Positions 29,894 through 38,738 are shown, numbered from the stretch's first letter. The stretch: 64,000 nucleotides of DNA from Planctomycetota bacterium (GCA_046290465.1 JBKAGP010000001.1:4576001-4640000); one strand, 5' to 3'. A program made the numbers and translations. Notes: a model not told the origin generated them from the sequence alone.

Positions 29894-30661
29894 CTACCCC
29901 GGGAACATCGCGACAGCCTGTTCGAGGATGCCGTTGAAGGTCTGGATCAGGAACGGCGCGCCCTCGACGAGGAACAGCGCCAGGCCGGCGAGCGCCAGCA
30001 GGATGCGCAGCGCGAACGCGAACTCCATCAGGTTGATGGCCGGGACCGCGCGGCCGAGCAGCACCAGGCCGGCCGAGATCAGCATCATCGTGCCCATGAT
30101 CGGGAACGAGTACTGCAGCGCGAGCTGCACGCTGCCGCCGACCAGCGTGACGATGCCGTTCCAGATCGGCAGGATGTCGAACGGCTCGCCGATCGGGCAG
30201 GCGCGGAACGTGTGTTCCATGATGCGCAGCGCCTCGTGGTGGATGTCGAGGCTCAGGATCAACAGGAAGCCGACGACCTGCAGCAGCTGCGAGATGACCG
30301 TGCCGTTGACGCCGCTCTCCGGGTTGATCGTGCGCGCCATCGAGAAGCCCATCTCGTGGCTCAGGAACTCGCCGGCGCTGACCAGCATCGACGTCATCGT
30401 CGACAGCGCGAAACCGAGCGCGAGACCGATCACGCCCTCGCGCACACCCATCACGGCGAGCTCGAGCAGGTGCGTCGGGGTGTCGACGCGCTGGTCGCCG
30501 ACCCACCAGAAGATCGCCGCCATCGCGGTCGACAGCGCCAGGCGCAGCACCAGCGAGTCCCGCTGCTTGCCGAACAACGGCAGCACGGCCAGGAACGTCG
30601 CCACCCGCACGAAGTGCAGGAACAGCGCCGTCACATAGTCCTGGAGCAGCGAGAGGTCCAT
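29894..30661 (-). CDS. fliR: Flagellar export protein FliR
   Basis: Hydrophobic; AGEFLSHEMGFS, LGRAVPAIN; position between fliQ and flhB. Confidence 0.92.
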   Translation of the reverse strand: MDLSLLQDYVTALFLHFVRVATFLAVLPLFGKQRDSLVLRLALSTAMAAIFWWVGDQRVDTPTHLLELAVMGVREGVIGLALGFALSTMTSMLVSAGEFLSHEMGFSMARTINPESGVNGTVISQLLQVVGFLLILSLDIHHEALRIMEHTFRACPIGEPFDILPIWNGIVTLVGGSVQLALQYSFPIMGTMMLISAGLVLLGRAVPAINLMEFAFALRILLALAGLALFLVEGAPFLIQTFNGILEQAVAMFPG

Positions 30662-30681
30662 CGTGGTCGGGTCCGTTCGGT

Positions 30682-30957
30682 TCAGCCGGCCTTGCCGAAC
30701 TCCGCCAGGCTCGAGAACAGCGCCGACGTGTATTCGTGCAGCGTGCCGAGGATCCACGGCATCAGCAGCACGATCGTGGTCAGCACCGCGAGCATCTTGG
30801 GGACGATCGTCAGGGTCTGTTCTTGCAGGCTGGTGACCGTCTGGAACAGGCTGATCAGCAGGCCGACGCACATGCCCACCAGCAGCGCCGGTGCGCAGAT
30901 CATCAGGGCCGTCATCAGCGTGGACTTGGCCAGATCGAGCATGAATTCGTGTCCCAT
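30682..30957 (-). CDS. fliQ: Flagellar export protein FliQ
   Basis: VGLLISLFQTVTSLQEQTLTIVPK. Confidence 0.95.
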   Translation of the reverse strand: MGHEFMLDLAKSTLMTALMICAPALLVGMCVGLLISLFQTVTSLQEQTLTIVPKMLAVLTTIVLLMPWILGTLHEYTSALFSSLAEFGKAG

Positions 30958-30965
30958 GGCGTCTC

Positions 30966-31814
30966 CTAGGTGGTTGCGAAGCTCTGCGCGAGCGACATGA
31001 CGACGAGGTCCCAGCCGCCGACCAGGATGAACAGCAGCAGCTTGAGCGGCGTCGAGATGACGACCGGGGGCAGGCTGAACATGCCCATCGAGACCAGGAT
31101 CGAACTGATCACCAGGTCGATCACGACGAAGGGCAGGAACAGCACGAAGCCCATCTGGAAGGCGGTCTTGATCTCCGACAGCACGAACGCCGGCACCGTG
31201 ATGTGGAACGGCGTGTCGAGCGCGGTCGCCGGTCGCGGCTCGTGCGCCAGGTCGAGGATCAGCGCGACGTCGGCTTCGCGCGTCTGCGCGAGCATGAAGC
31301 GGTTGAGGCGGTCGGTGGCGACGCCGGCGGCCTCCTGCCAGGTGATCTGGTCCTCGACGTACGGCGTGTAGGCGTTGTCGTAGATGTCCGTCGCGACCGG
31401 CTTCATGATGAAGATGGTCATGAACAGCGCGAAGCCGGTCGTGATCATCGCCGGCGGCAGGTCCTGCATCGACATCGCCCGCTTCAAGAACGACAGCACC
31501 ACGACGATGCGCGTGAAGCACGTCATCGTCATGACCAGCGCCGGCGCCATCGCCAGCAGCGTCATCAACAGCACGATCTCGAGCGCCGTGCCGAGCTTGG
31601 CTTCGCCCTCACCGGTGTTGAACTGCAGCGAGAACCCGGGCCCCTGCGGCGCCGGGTTGGTCGGCGCGCCCGGGTCCGGGATCGGGGTGGTGATCGTCTC
31701 GCTGTGGGCGTCGGGGTTCTGCGCGCCCGTGGGGCCCTGGGCGCGCAGCGGTGCCGCGACCGTGACCAGCACGATCAGCAGCGCCCGCAGGACGTTGGCG
31801 ACGAGCGGGCGCAT
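30966..31814 (-). CDS. fliP: Flagellar export protein FliP
   Basis: MTCFTRIVVVLSFL, PAFVLSEIKTAFQMGF, PLKLLLFILVGGW. Confidence 0.96.
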   Translation of the reverse strand: MRPLVANVLRALLIVLVTVAAPLRAQGPTGAQNPDAHSETITTPIPDPGAPTNPAPQGPGFSLQFNTGEGEAKLGTALEIVLLMTLLAMAPALVMTMTCFTRIVVVLSFLKRAMSMQDLPPAMITTGFALFMTIFIMKPVATDIYDNAYTPYVEDQITWQEAAGVATDRLNRFMLAQTREADVALILDLAHEPRPATALDTPFHITVPAFVLSEIKTAFQMGFVLFLPFVVIDLVISSILVSMGMFSLPPVVISTPLKLLLFILVGGWDLVVMSLAQSFATT

Positions 31815-32542
31815 CAGTTCGCCGCCTTCTCGAGCAGGGCGCGGAAGTCGTTGAGCTTGGCGATCGCGACGTCGGCCTTGCTCGGCTGCTGAGCCTGCGC
31901 CTGCGCCTTCGGCTGCGTCGTGCGCTTGCGGGTGGCCGGTTGCTCGGGACGCGGGATCAGCAGGTTCTTCGGCGTGGCCCCTTCGTCGTCGTCGTCGTCG
32001 CCGACCACGACGTCCGTGCGCGACAGCACGGCGGCCTCGTCGTCGGCCGCGTCGGGCAGGCTGCCGCTCTCGATCAGCGTCAGGCCCTTGTCGCTCTCCC
32101 CGATCAGCAGGATGCGGTCCCCGAACTCGACTGCGTGCAGCGCCTGCTTGGTGCCGAGCCGCATCGTCTGGCGCAGCGTCGCCAGCGTCTGCGAGCCCTT
32201 CGGAGTGGCGGCGCCGCGCAGCTTCTTGAGGCCGAGCAACGCGACCGCGCCGAGCAGCAGGACGCCGACGAGCGCGCTGCTCATCTTCCACATGTCCGGG
32301 GTCCGCGGGACCAGCGAGCCCGGCTTCGCGCCGGTGTCGGTCGAGCCGGCCGCCGGCTCGGGCCGGGACGTCGCCTGCCGCGAAGGCGACGGTTGCGACG
32401 TCGACGGTTGGGCCGCCGCAGGCGCGGCGGTCTCGGGGGTGGTCGGTTGGTCGGTCGTGCCGCCGCCCATCGCGAGCGGACCGAGCACGAGCAGCAACGC
32501 CACGACCGGGGGAATCAGCAGCCACTTGGGAGTCGACTTCAT
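31814..32542 (-). CDS. fliO: Flagellar protein FliO
   Basis: TM followed by LGTKQALHAVEFGDRILLIGES; immediately upstream of fliP. Confidence 0.8.
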   Translation of the reverse strand: MKSTPKWLLIPPVVALLLVLGPLAMGGGTTDQPTTPETAAPAAAQPSTSQPSPSRQATSRPEPAAGSTDTGAKPGSLVPRTPDMWKMSSALVGVLLLGAVALLGLKKLRGAATPKGSQTLATLRQTMRLGTKQALHAVEFGDRILLIGESDKGLTLIESGSLPDAADDEAAVLSRTDVVVGDDDDDEGATPKNLLIPRPEQPATRKRTTQPKAQAQAQQPSKADVAIAKLNDFRALLEKAAN

Positions 32543-32565
32543 GTTGGGCCTCACGCCCTCCCTGA

Positions 32566-32582
32566 AGCACCCGGCGTGCCAA
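32566..32582 (-). promoter_or_regulatory. Sigma54 -24/-12 promoter for the fliO operon
   Basis: TTGGCACGCCGGGTGCT (GG-N10-GC), 23 nt before the fliO ATG. Confidence 0.65.
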
Positions 32583-32699
32583 CCTCCAAACCACAAGATG
32601 TAGCGGTCAGATGCGGTCGGCGGCCCACGCAGGCGATGCGGATGCCGACACGTCGTTGTTGCTTCGTACGACACCCGCGACCGCGATACCGTTGGCGCC

Positions 32700-32891
32700 G
32701 TGAGCGAACGTTCCCCCGTCGACGACATCCTGCACCGCGTCAACAACCTGCTCGGCACGATCCAGATCCAGTCCGAGGTTGCTCGGTCGATCGGCACGGT
32801 CGAGGCGATGACCCAGGCGCTCGACCTCATCGTCGAATCGGCGCGACGGACCGGAGAGGAGTTGCAGGTGCTGCGCGGCCGAGCCGACTGA
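32700..32891 (+). CDS. Stand-alone HisKA/DHp-like small protein
   Basis: 63 aa, host-like GC3; H-box-like DILHRVNNLLGTI followed by a second amphipathic helix. Confidence 0.65.
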   Translation: MSERSPVDDILHRVNNLLGTIQIQSEVARSIGTVEAMTQALDLIVESARRTGEELQVLRGRAD

Positions 32892-32907
32892 ACGGCCCGC
32901 CGTGCGC

Positions 32908-33981
32908 TCAGGACTCCGCGTCGCCGTCGTCCGGGCCTTCGGGCTCGGTCGTCGGCTCCGGGGTCAGCTGCTCGAGCTTTTGCGACAGCTGCGGCTCCTC
33001 GCACGGGAAGCCGAGGATCGCATCGGCGCGCGACAAGAACGCCTGGGTGACGCGCTGCCGCGAAGGATGGTGCAGCAGCAGCATGACCCGGGTCGTCTCC
33101 GACAGGTCCTTGATGCGACGGCACCAGTCGAAGCGACGGTCCTCGCCGGGCGGCACGTCGAGCACGACGATCTCGTTGCGGTGCGCGGCAGGATTGGGGA
33201 TCTCGCCGCGGCCATGGCGGGTGAGTTCGAGCCCGACGCGGCGGCAGCTCAGCCGCAGCACGCGCAGCACGTCGCTCTGGATCACGTAGGCGGCCAGCGA
33301 ACCGCGGATCGGCGCCGCCGGGATGTCGTCGAACGTCTCGTCCTCGGGGCGACCGGCGGCCACCTCGGGCGCGGCGCCGACCGGTTCGATCGGCGCGCCG
33401 TTCCAGCGTTCGGCGGTCTCGAGGTCGATCGCGACGAGGCCCTTCGACTCGGGGTACTCGCCGACCTTCATCTTGAACGAGATCGTGACCAGGCGCGCGT
33501 CGCCCAGGACCCCTTCTTCGTCCTTGCCGGGTTCGACGTGTGCCTGACCCTGCATGCGCACGTCGAAGTCCGTGACCCGCTCGCGCAGCACGTTCGAGAA
33601 GCCGGAGTAGAGCACGTTGCCGAGCTCCCCGAACGCCTCGATGTCCTCGCCGTCGAGGGTGTTGGCCTTGCGCCGCTGGGCGATGACGTCCTCGGGGGTC
33701 ATCATCAGCAGGCCGGACATCGCGACCGCGTCCGGCACCTCGAGCAGCGTCAGCATCGAGTGGCCGGAGTAGCCCTTGTCCATCGCGCCGCGCGCGACGC
33801 TGCACGCGCGTGGCAGCGACTCGAGCAGGTCGCTCGGGTCCTGCACGGTGACGGCGCCGCGGTCGACGCGGATGTCGCGGCCGACCAAAGAACTCAGGGT
33901 CTCACCGATCGAGTCGATGGCCTTCTCGAGCAGCGTGCGCAGCTCGGTGTCGGTTCCTTGTTTCAGCGCCGCCGCCGTCAT
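32908..33981 (-). CDS. CheC/CheX-family phosphatase fused to a degenerate receiver domain
   Basis: EAFGELGNVL (E-x-x-N); C-terminal IVVLDVP...ADAILGFP lacks the conserved Lys. Confidence 0.65.
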   Translation of the reverse strand: MTAAALKQGTDTELRTLLEKAIDSIGETLSSLVGRDIRVDRGAVTVQDPSDLLESLPRACSVARGAMDKGYSGHSMLTLLEVPDAVAMSGLLMMTPEDVIAQRRKANTLDGEDIEAFGELGNVLYSGFSNVLRERVTDFDVRMQGQAHVEPGKDEEGVLGDARLVTISFKMKVGEYPESKGLVAIDLETAERWNGAPIEPVGAAPEVAAGRPEDETFDDIPAAPIRGSLAAYVIQSDVLRVLRLSCRRVGLELTRHGRGEIPNPAAHRNEIVVLDVPPGEDRRFDWCRRIKDLSETTRVMLLLHHPSRQRVTQAFLSRADAILGFPCEEPQLSQKLEQLTPEPTTEPEGPDDGDAES

Positions 33982-34008
33982 GGCTGTTCCGTGTCTACGC
34001 TCCTCGCC

Positions 34009-34494
34009 TCAGGCTTCGAAGTGCACACCGATGTCGACGTGCATGTCCTCGATCTGGACGCGGATGCCCGAGCGCACGCCGCTGACGGCGTCCGAGTTGA
34101 TGTTGACGTTGCCGTGGCGCACGACGTGTGGGACCGACAGGTCCATCTGGTTGCCGTTGGCGACCCACTCGTTCTTGAAGCTGCCGCTGAGCATGTTGAC
34201 GATCTCGCCGAACGCGTCGGCGACCTCTTCGAAGTCGTCGAGGTCGCCCGGTTCCATCATCAGCATCTTGGCTGCCATCGTGCGTGCTAGGTCGTCGCTG
34301 GTGCGGACCACGAACGTGCCGGAGCGGGTGCCGGTGAACCCGAGCAACCCGACCACCTGGTCGTGGAAGATCGACGTGTCCTCGGCGAGTGGCTCGACCG
34401 ACGAGGGCGTCATGAACACCATCGTCTCGAGGATCTCCCACGCGGATTTGCGCAGCGTCTCGACGAGATGCGGTTCGAGGGTCTGGGCAGGCAT
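34009..34494 (-). CDS. cheX: Chemotaxis phosphatase CheX
   Basis: VGLLGFTG, DAFGEIVNMLSGSFK, LSVPHVV. Confidence 0.88.
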   Translation of the reverse strand: MPAQTLEPHLVETLRKSAWEILETMVFMTPSSVEPLAEDTSIFHDQVVGLLGFTGTRSGTFVVRTSDDLARTMAAKMLMMEPGDLDDFEEVADAFGEIVNMLSGSFKNEWVANGNQMDLSVPHVVRHGNVNINSDAVSGVRSGIRVQIEDMHVDIGVHFEA

Positions 34495-34527
34495 CTGACC
34501 TCCTGGTTGTGAGGAAGGACGTGTTGC

Positions 34528-34899
34528 CTACTGCAGCAGCGGGCCGATGACTTCCTGGATCTTCTCGGGCGTGAACGGCTTCTTCAGGTAGCCCTTCGCG
34601 CCGCGGTTCATCGCCTCGCTGATCACCTCTTCGCTGCCCTCGGTCGTGATCATCACGATCGGCGGGGGCGTATCGAGCTTGCCGGTCACCTCGCGCACGA
34701 AGTCGAGGCCGTTCATGTTCGGCATGTTGACGTCGGAGAGGATGAGATCGAATTGACCGCCCTCGACGGCCGCCAGACCTTCGACACCGTCACCGGCTTC
34801 CTTGAACTCGGCGTTGTCGATGCCGGCCTGGCGGATGCCGCGCATGATGATCTTCCGCATCGTGGCGGAGTCGTCGACGATCAGTACGTTCTTCGTCAT
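34528..34899 (-). CDS. cheY: CheY-like single-domain response regulator
   Basis: VLIVDDS, SDVNMPNMNG, ITTE, YLKKPFT. Confidence 0.85.
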   Translation of the reverse strand: MTKNVLIVDDSATMRKIIMRGIRQAGIDNAEFKEAGDGVEGLAAVEGGQFDLILSDVNMPNMNGLDFVREVTGKLDTPPPIVMITTEGSEEVISEAMNRGAKGYLKKPFTPEKIQEVIGPLLQ

Positions 34900-34933
34900 G
34901 GTTGCTCTCTTTGCTGACCTGGGTTGCAACGTG

Positions 34934-34962
34934 CTATCGGTCAGGGAGCAGCCGTGAGTTCA
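34934..34962 (-). promoter_or_regulatory. Possible sigma28 promoter for cheY
   Basis: TGAA-N17-ACCGATAG. Confidence 0.4.
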
Positions 34963-35030
34963 ACCGTTCTGGCATGGCGCCCGTCGCCGCCATGCCATCG
35001 GGAACCCGGCGCGCGATCGCGCGCAGACGA

Positions 35031-35966
35031 TCAGGCGTCGTTGCCCTGGGCGCGATCGAGCTGCGCCTTCAGGCGCGCCATCACGTTGCTGTGGATCTGG
35101 CAGACGCGCGACTCGGTCAGCTCCATGATCTCGCCGATCTCGCGCATCGTCAGGCCCTCGTAGTAGTACATCAGGATGATCAGGCGCTCCTTCTTGGTGA
35201 GCGAGCTGGTGATCATGTCGAGCGCGTCGCGCTGCTGGATCGTGTCGACCGGGTTCGACGACTTGCGATCGGCGAGGATCTCGACCTTCTCGAGCTCCTT
35301 GTCGTCGTCACCGTCGTCCCACTTCTCCGACAGCGAGAAGATGGTCTTGGCGTTGGCCTCGGCCTCGTGCGCCTGCAGCTCCTCCAGCGAGATGCCGAGC
35401 TCCTCGGCAATCTCCGCCTGGTTCGGGTTGCGGCCGAGGCGGCCTTCGAGGGCGCGGATGGCGCGTTCGAGGCGGTGGGCCTTCAGGCGCACCAGGCGCG
35501 GGACCCAGTCCTGCGAGCGCAGCTCGTCGAGGATCGAGCCGCGGATGCGGGTCGTGCAGTAGGTCTTGAACTTGATGCCGCGCGACAGGTCGAAGCCGTT
35601 GATCGCGTCCATCAGGCCGAACGTGCCGGCCGAGCTCAGGTCGTCGACGTCGATCGACTTCGGCAGCGTCTGCAGGACGCGCTCGGCGATCGTGCGGACC
35701 AGCGGCATGTGGTGCTCGATGAGCGTGTTGCGCAGGTTCTCGTCGCGGGTGCGCTTGTAGGTCTTCCAGATGACCTCGAGTTCCGCCTCGGTCAGCGGCT
35801 GGTTGTGCGGCGTCGGGATCGTCGCGCGGGCGGCGCCCGAGTTGGTCGTCGGCTGCTCGGCCTTGCGGCGCGACGGCGCGCGCCGGGTCGTGGCCTTGGT
35901 GGACTTGGCGGACTTGCTCGCGGTGCGGGCGGGCGTGCGACGGGACGAAGTGCGGACAGCGGCCAT
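35031..35966 (-). CDS. fliA: FliA/WhiG family sigma factor (copy 2) with basic N-terminal extension
   Basis: HMPLVRTIA, FDLSRGIKFKTYCTTRIRGSILDELR, MREIGEIMELTESRVCQIH; GGAG RBS. Confidence 0.92.
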   Translation of the reverse strand: MAAVRTSSRRTPARTASKSAKSTKATTRRAPSRRKAEQPTTNSGAARATIPTPHNQPLTEAELEVIWKTYKRTRDENLRNTLIEHHMPLVRTIAERVLQTLPKSIDVDDLSSAGTFGLMDAINGFDLSRGIKFKTYCTTRIRGSILDELRSQDWVPRLVRLKAHRLERAIRALEGRLGRNPNQAEIAEELGISLEELQAHEAEANAKTIFSLSEKWDDGDDDKELEKVEILADRKSSNPVDTIQQRDALDMITSSLTKKERLIILMYYYEGLTMREIGEIMELTESRVCQIHSNVMARLKAQLDRAQGNDA

Positions 35967-36249
35967 GTGTGGACTCCAGCTACGTTGCAGACGGGACGGG
36001 ACGGGACCTGCAGGTCGGGGAGCCTGCAAGCGGATGTCGAGCACGGATGGGGGCTCCGTGGCTCGACGGGTTCGACTCCTGATCTGCGCTGCTCGAATGC
36101 CTCGGAGCGCCTGGGTCCCTGTGTCTGCGTGCCGCGCGTGGCGGGCTGCTGGAATCGAGTCGTGGCTGCGGCGCTGGAGTTGGCGCGTTGCTGTGCGGTT
36201 CGTCGTCCGCGTGCGCCGGTTGTTGTTTGCCGTGTGCCAGACCGTGCTT

Positions 36250-36345
36250 CCTTCGGGGACCAGGCTGCCATGGTCGGTCTGGGGAGACCGGCCGAAGGCC
36301 CTATGGCTTTGCGTCACCGGCTTTCGCCGGCTTTGCCGTTTCGAG
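36250..36345 (-). ncRNA. Cyclic di-GMP-I (GEMM) riboswitch aptamer
   Basis: Minus strand GGCAAA-gccggc-GAAA-gccggt-GACGCAAAgcc...GGCCT...GGCAGC...CCGAA matches the class I consensus; lies in the fliA leader. Confidence 0.88.
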
Positions 36346-36407
36346 AAGCGACTCGGTGGGAGTCGAGATCACCAAAGAACGGGTCCGCGCGAGCGGACGG
36401 ATTCAGT

Positions 36408-36435
36408 TTATCGGCCGAACCCGGTCAGGAATTGA
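36408..36435 (-). promoter_or_regulatory. Sigma28 promoter upstream of the riboswitch and fliA
   Basis: TCAA-N16-GCCGATAA, with an exact consensus -10. Confidence 0.65.
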
Positions 36436-36501
36436 GCGTCGCCTTGGGAAAAACTTGAGAGCTTCGCGCAACTGTCTGCCGTAATGCCGTTTACGCCCCT
36501 G

Positions 36502-36536
36502 AAAAACTTGTGGAGCCCGGCCGGGCACCGGGGCTC
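36502..36536 (-). terminator. Probable intrinsic terminator after apt
   Basis: gagccccgg...ccgggctc hairpin followed by cacaagttttt. Confidence 0.4.
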
Positions 36537-36538
36537 GC

Positions 36539-37054
36539 TCAGTCGATCGTGATCAGGGACTGGCAGCGCTTGCCGGCCAGCTTGCTCTCGCGGCCCTTCA
36601 GGAACGCCAGCTCGATGACGAACGCGCAGGCCGCGACCTCGCCGCCGCAGGCCTCGACCAGTTCGACCGCGGCGCCCATGGTGCCGCCGGTCGCCAGCAG
36701 GTCGTCGACCAGCACGACCCGTTCGCCCGGCGCTACGGCGTCCTCGTGGATCTCGACCACGTCGGTGCCGTATTCGAGCACGTATTCGATCCGGTTGGTC
36801 TTCCACGGCAGCTTGCCGGGCTTGCGGATCGGCACGAAGCCGACTCCCAGGCGCATCGCCAGCGGCACGCCGAACAAGAAGCCGCGCGACTCGATCGCAG
36901 CGATCTTGTCGACCTTGCCGAAGTCGAGCGCGGCCAGCTGGTCGATCGCCGCCTGCATCGCCTCCGGGGAGGCCAGCATCGGCGTGATGTCCTTGAACAG
37001 GATGCCCGGCTTCGGGAAGTCGGGCACGTCGCGCAGGAACGAGGCGAGATCCAT
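36539..37054 (-). CDS. apt: Adenine phosphoribosyltransferase
   Basis: PDFPKPGILFKDIT, IESRGF, IRKPGKLP, LEYGT, VDDLLATGGT. Confidence 0.97.
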   Translation of the reverse strand: MDLASFLRDVPDFPKPGILFKDITPMLASPEAMQAAIDQLAALDFGKVDKIAAIESRGFLFGVPLAMRLGVGFVPIRKPGKLPWKTNRIEYVLEYGTDVVEIHEDAVAPGERVVLVDDLLATGGTMGAAVELVEACGGEVAACAFVIELAFLKGRESKLAGKRCQSLITID

Positions 37055-37128
37055 GCCAAGATCGTGCCTCGTCGACCTCGCCGAGGCGAGCTTTCGTCGG
37101 CCGGGCCCGCGAGGTCGCGCCGAAAGGC

Positions 37129-38592
37129 CTATTCGCGGCGGGCTGCGGCTCCGTGGCGGGCGCGTTCGTTGCCGCTGACGACGACGGCGCCCGGCATGCT
37201 GGCGAGGTCCGGCCGATCCTCGAGGCCGGCCTTCGCCGGTCCGGCGGCGCGGCGCGGCGGCTGCCCCGAGCCCTGCGGGGCCGGGCGGCGGGTCGTGCCG
37301 GTCGGCGGTGCGGTCCGCTGCGCCGGCTTGCGACCTTCGATCGCGCGCGGGCCGGGCCTGCGGGCTGGTTGGGCGGCGGCCGGGCGCGCCTGGGGGCGTG
37401 CAGGTGCGGTCGGTCGCTGGGCGCGCGGCGGTTGGCCGGTCGCCGGCTTCTGCACCTGGGGCGTGCGGAACCGGTCGAGCGCTTCGGGACGGCGCAGGCT
37501 GCGCGGCGCGTTGGGCTTCTGCGCGGCGGTGCCGCCGTCGGTGACGGTGCGATCACGCAGCGTCTCGTCGGCGCGCAGCATCAGGTAGCCGAGCGACGTC
37601 CGGTTGGTGTCGAGCCACGAGCCGAGCAGGCGTGCGGTGGCGAACACCGGCAGCACCATCAGCGGGCCGACCACCGCGATCTGCACCCAGACGGGGCGAT
37701 CGAGCACCGCGAACGCGACCGCGAAGGCCGGCGCGAACGCGAGCGTCGCCGCCAGCGCGACCACCGGGTAGCCGCGGCCGGCGCGGCGCACCGCGCGCAG
37801 CAGGAACACCGGCGAGAACGCCCGCATGTCGCCGCGCACCTGCCGCAACGCGAACGTCAGCGGCGCGAACACGGCGCCGATCATGAGGCTCGGCAGCGCC
37901 GAGTACCACGGGGCTCCCGCCGCCAGCATCACGGCCGGCAGGGCGAAGTAGCCGCCGACCACCAGCGTCGCGTCGAACGCAAACGAGCGCGCGTCGCGCA
38001 ACAGCCGACCGACCACCGGCAGTTCCGGCACGTCGCCCTCGCCTTCGCTGCTGCGCAGCAGGATCTGGCGCCCCATGGCGGCGACCACGCTCAGCACCGA
38101 CAGGCCGGGCAGCGCCGCGATCGCGGCGAGCAGCAGCAGCGAGCCGCCGGCGGTCAGGAAGCCGCCGACGCCGACGACCAGCGGGAACGCCAGCATCGTC
38201 GTCAGGACGAGCATCGGCATCTGCTGGTGCAGCAGGTACTGGCACGCATCGGTGAGGTGTTCGGCGACGCCCGGCAGCTCGTCGCTGCGTGCGTCGCGCG
38301 AGTCCCTCGCGCTGCGTCCGGCATGGCTGGCTGCCGGCGCCCCGGGATGGTCCTTCTTGCGGCGCTCGGCCGGGCTCAGCAGGGCCCGCTCCGACCGCGC
38401 TCGGCGCTCGTCGTCGTGGATGCGCTGCACACAATGAAGCGCCTCTCCGCGATGGCCCATGGCCTGGCAGACGCTGGCGAGCTCGACCCAGACGTCGTCC
38501 GAGTCGAGCCCCTGCTCGATCGCACGGTGAAGGGTTGCGTAGCGCTGCTGTGGTGTTCCCCCGAACGGGGTGGCATGACTCTCGATATGCAC
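37129..38592 (-). CDS. Membrane protein with TPR-like N-terminus, ~6 TM and a Pro/Arg-rich tail
   Basis: AAGGAG RBS before GTG 38592; hydrophobic core. Confidence 0.6.
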   Translation of the reverse strand: MHIESHATPFGGTPQQRYATLHRAIEQGLDSDDVWVELASVCQAMGHRGEALHCVQRIHDDERRARSERALLSPAERRKKDHPGAPAASHAGRSARDSRDARSDELPGVAEHLTDACQYLLHQQMPMLVLTTMLAFPLVVGVGGFLTAGGSLLLLAAIAALPGLSVLSVVAAMGRQILLRSSEGEGDVPELPVVGRLLRDARSFAFDATLVVGGYFALPAVMLAAGAPWYSALPSLMIGAVFAPLTFALRQVRGDMRAFSPVFLLRAVRRAGRGYPVVALAATLAFAPAFAVAFAVLDRPVWVQIAVVGPLMVLPVFATARLLGSWLDTNRTSLGYLMLRADETLRDRTVTDGGTAAQKPNAPRSLRRPEALDRFRTPQVQKPATGQPPRAQRPTAPARPQARPAAAQPARRPGPRAIEGRKPAQRTAPPTGTTRRPAPQGSGQPPRRAAGPAKAGLEDRPDLASMPGAVVVSGNERARHGAAARRE

Positions 38593-38710
38593 GTACTGCT
38601 CCTTGTTCCTGTTGAAGTTCAGGACACTGCGGCGTTGGCACTTCGGCTCGATCGACGGATTCCTTGACGGGCCGGTCCCGGTGCGAGACCGGCGCCGGCT
38701 CGGGTCGGGT

Positions 38711-38738
38711 TGAGGGCGCGCGGCCGAACGGCCGATAG
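38711..38738 (+). promoter_or_regulatory. Possible sigma28 promoter
   Basis: TGAG-N16-GCCGATAG, 20 nt before ATG 38759. Confidence 0.4.

Noticed and set aside
26748..32542. Non-flagellar type III secretion system
   Set aside because: FliO, FlhF, FlhG, FliA and Che genes mark it as flagellar.
32908..33981. Calling this FliY or FliM
   Set aside because: No C-terminal FliN/SpoA domain and no N-terminal LSQxEIDALL CheY-binding peptide.
36068..36081. GGGTTCGACTCC resembling a tRNA T-arm
   Set aside because: No D-arm, anticodon arm or acceptor stem at correct spacing; part of a simple hairpin.
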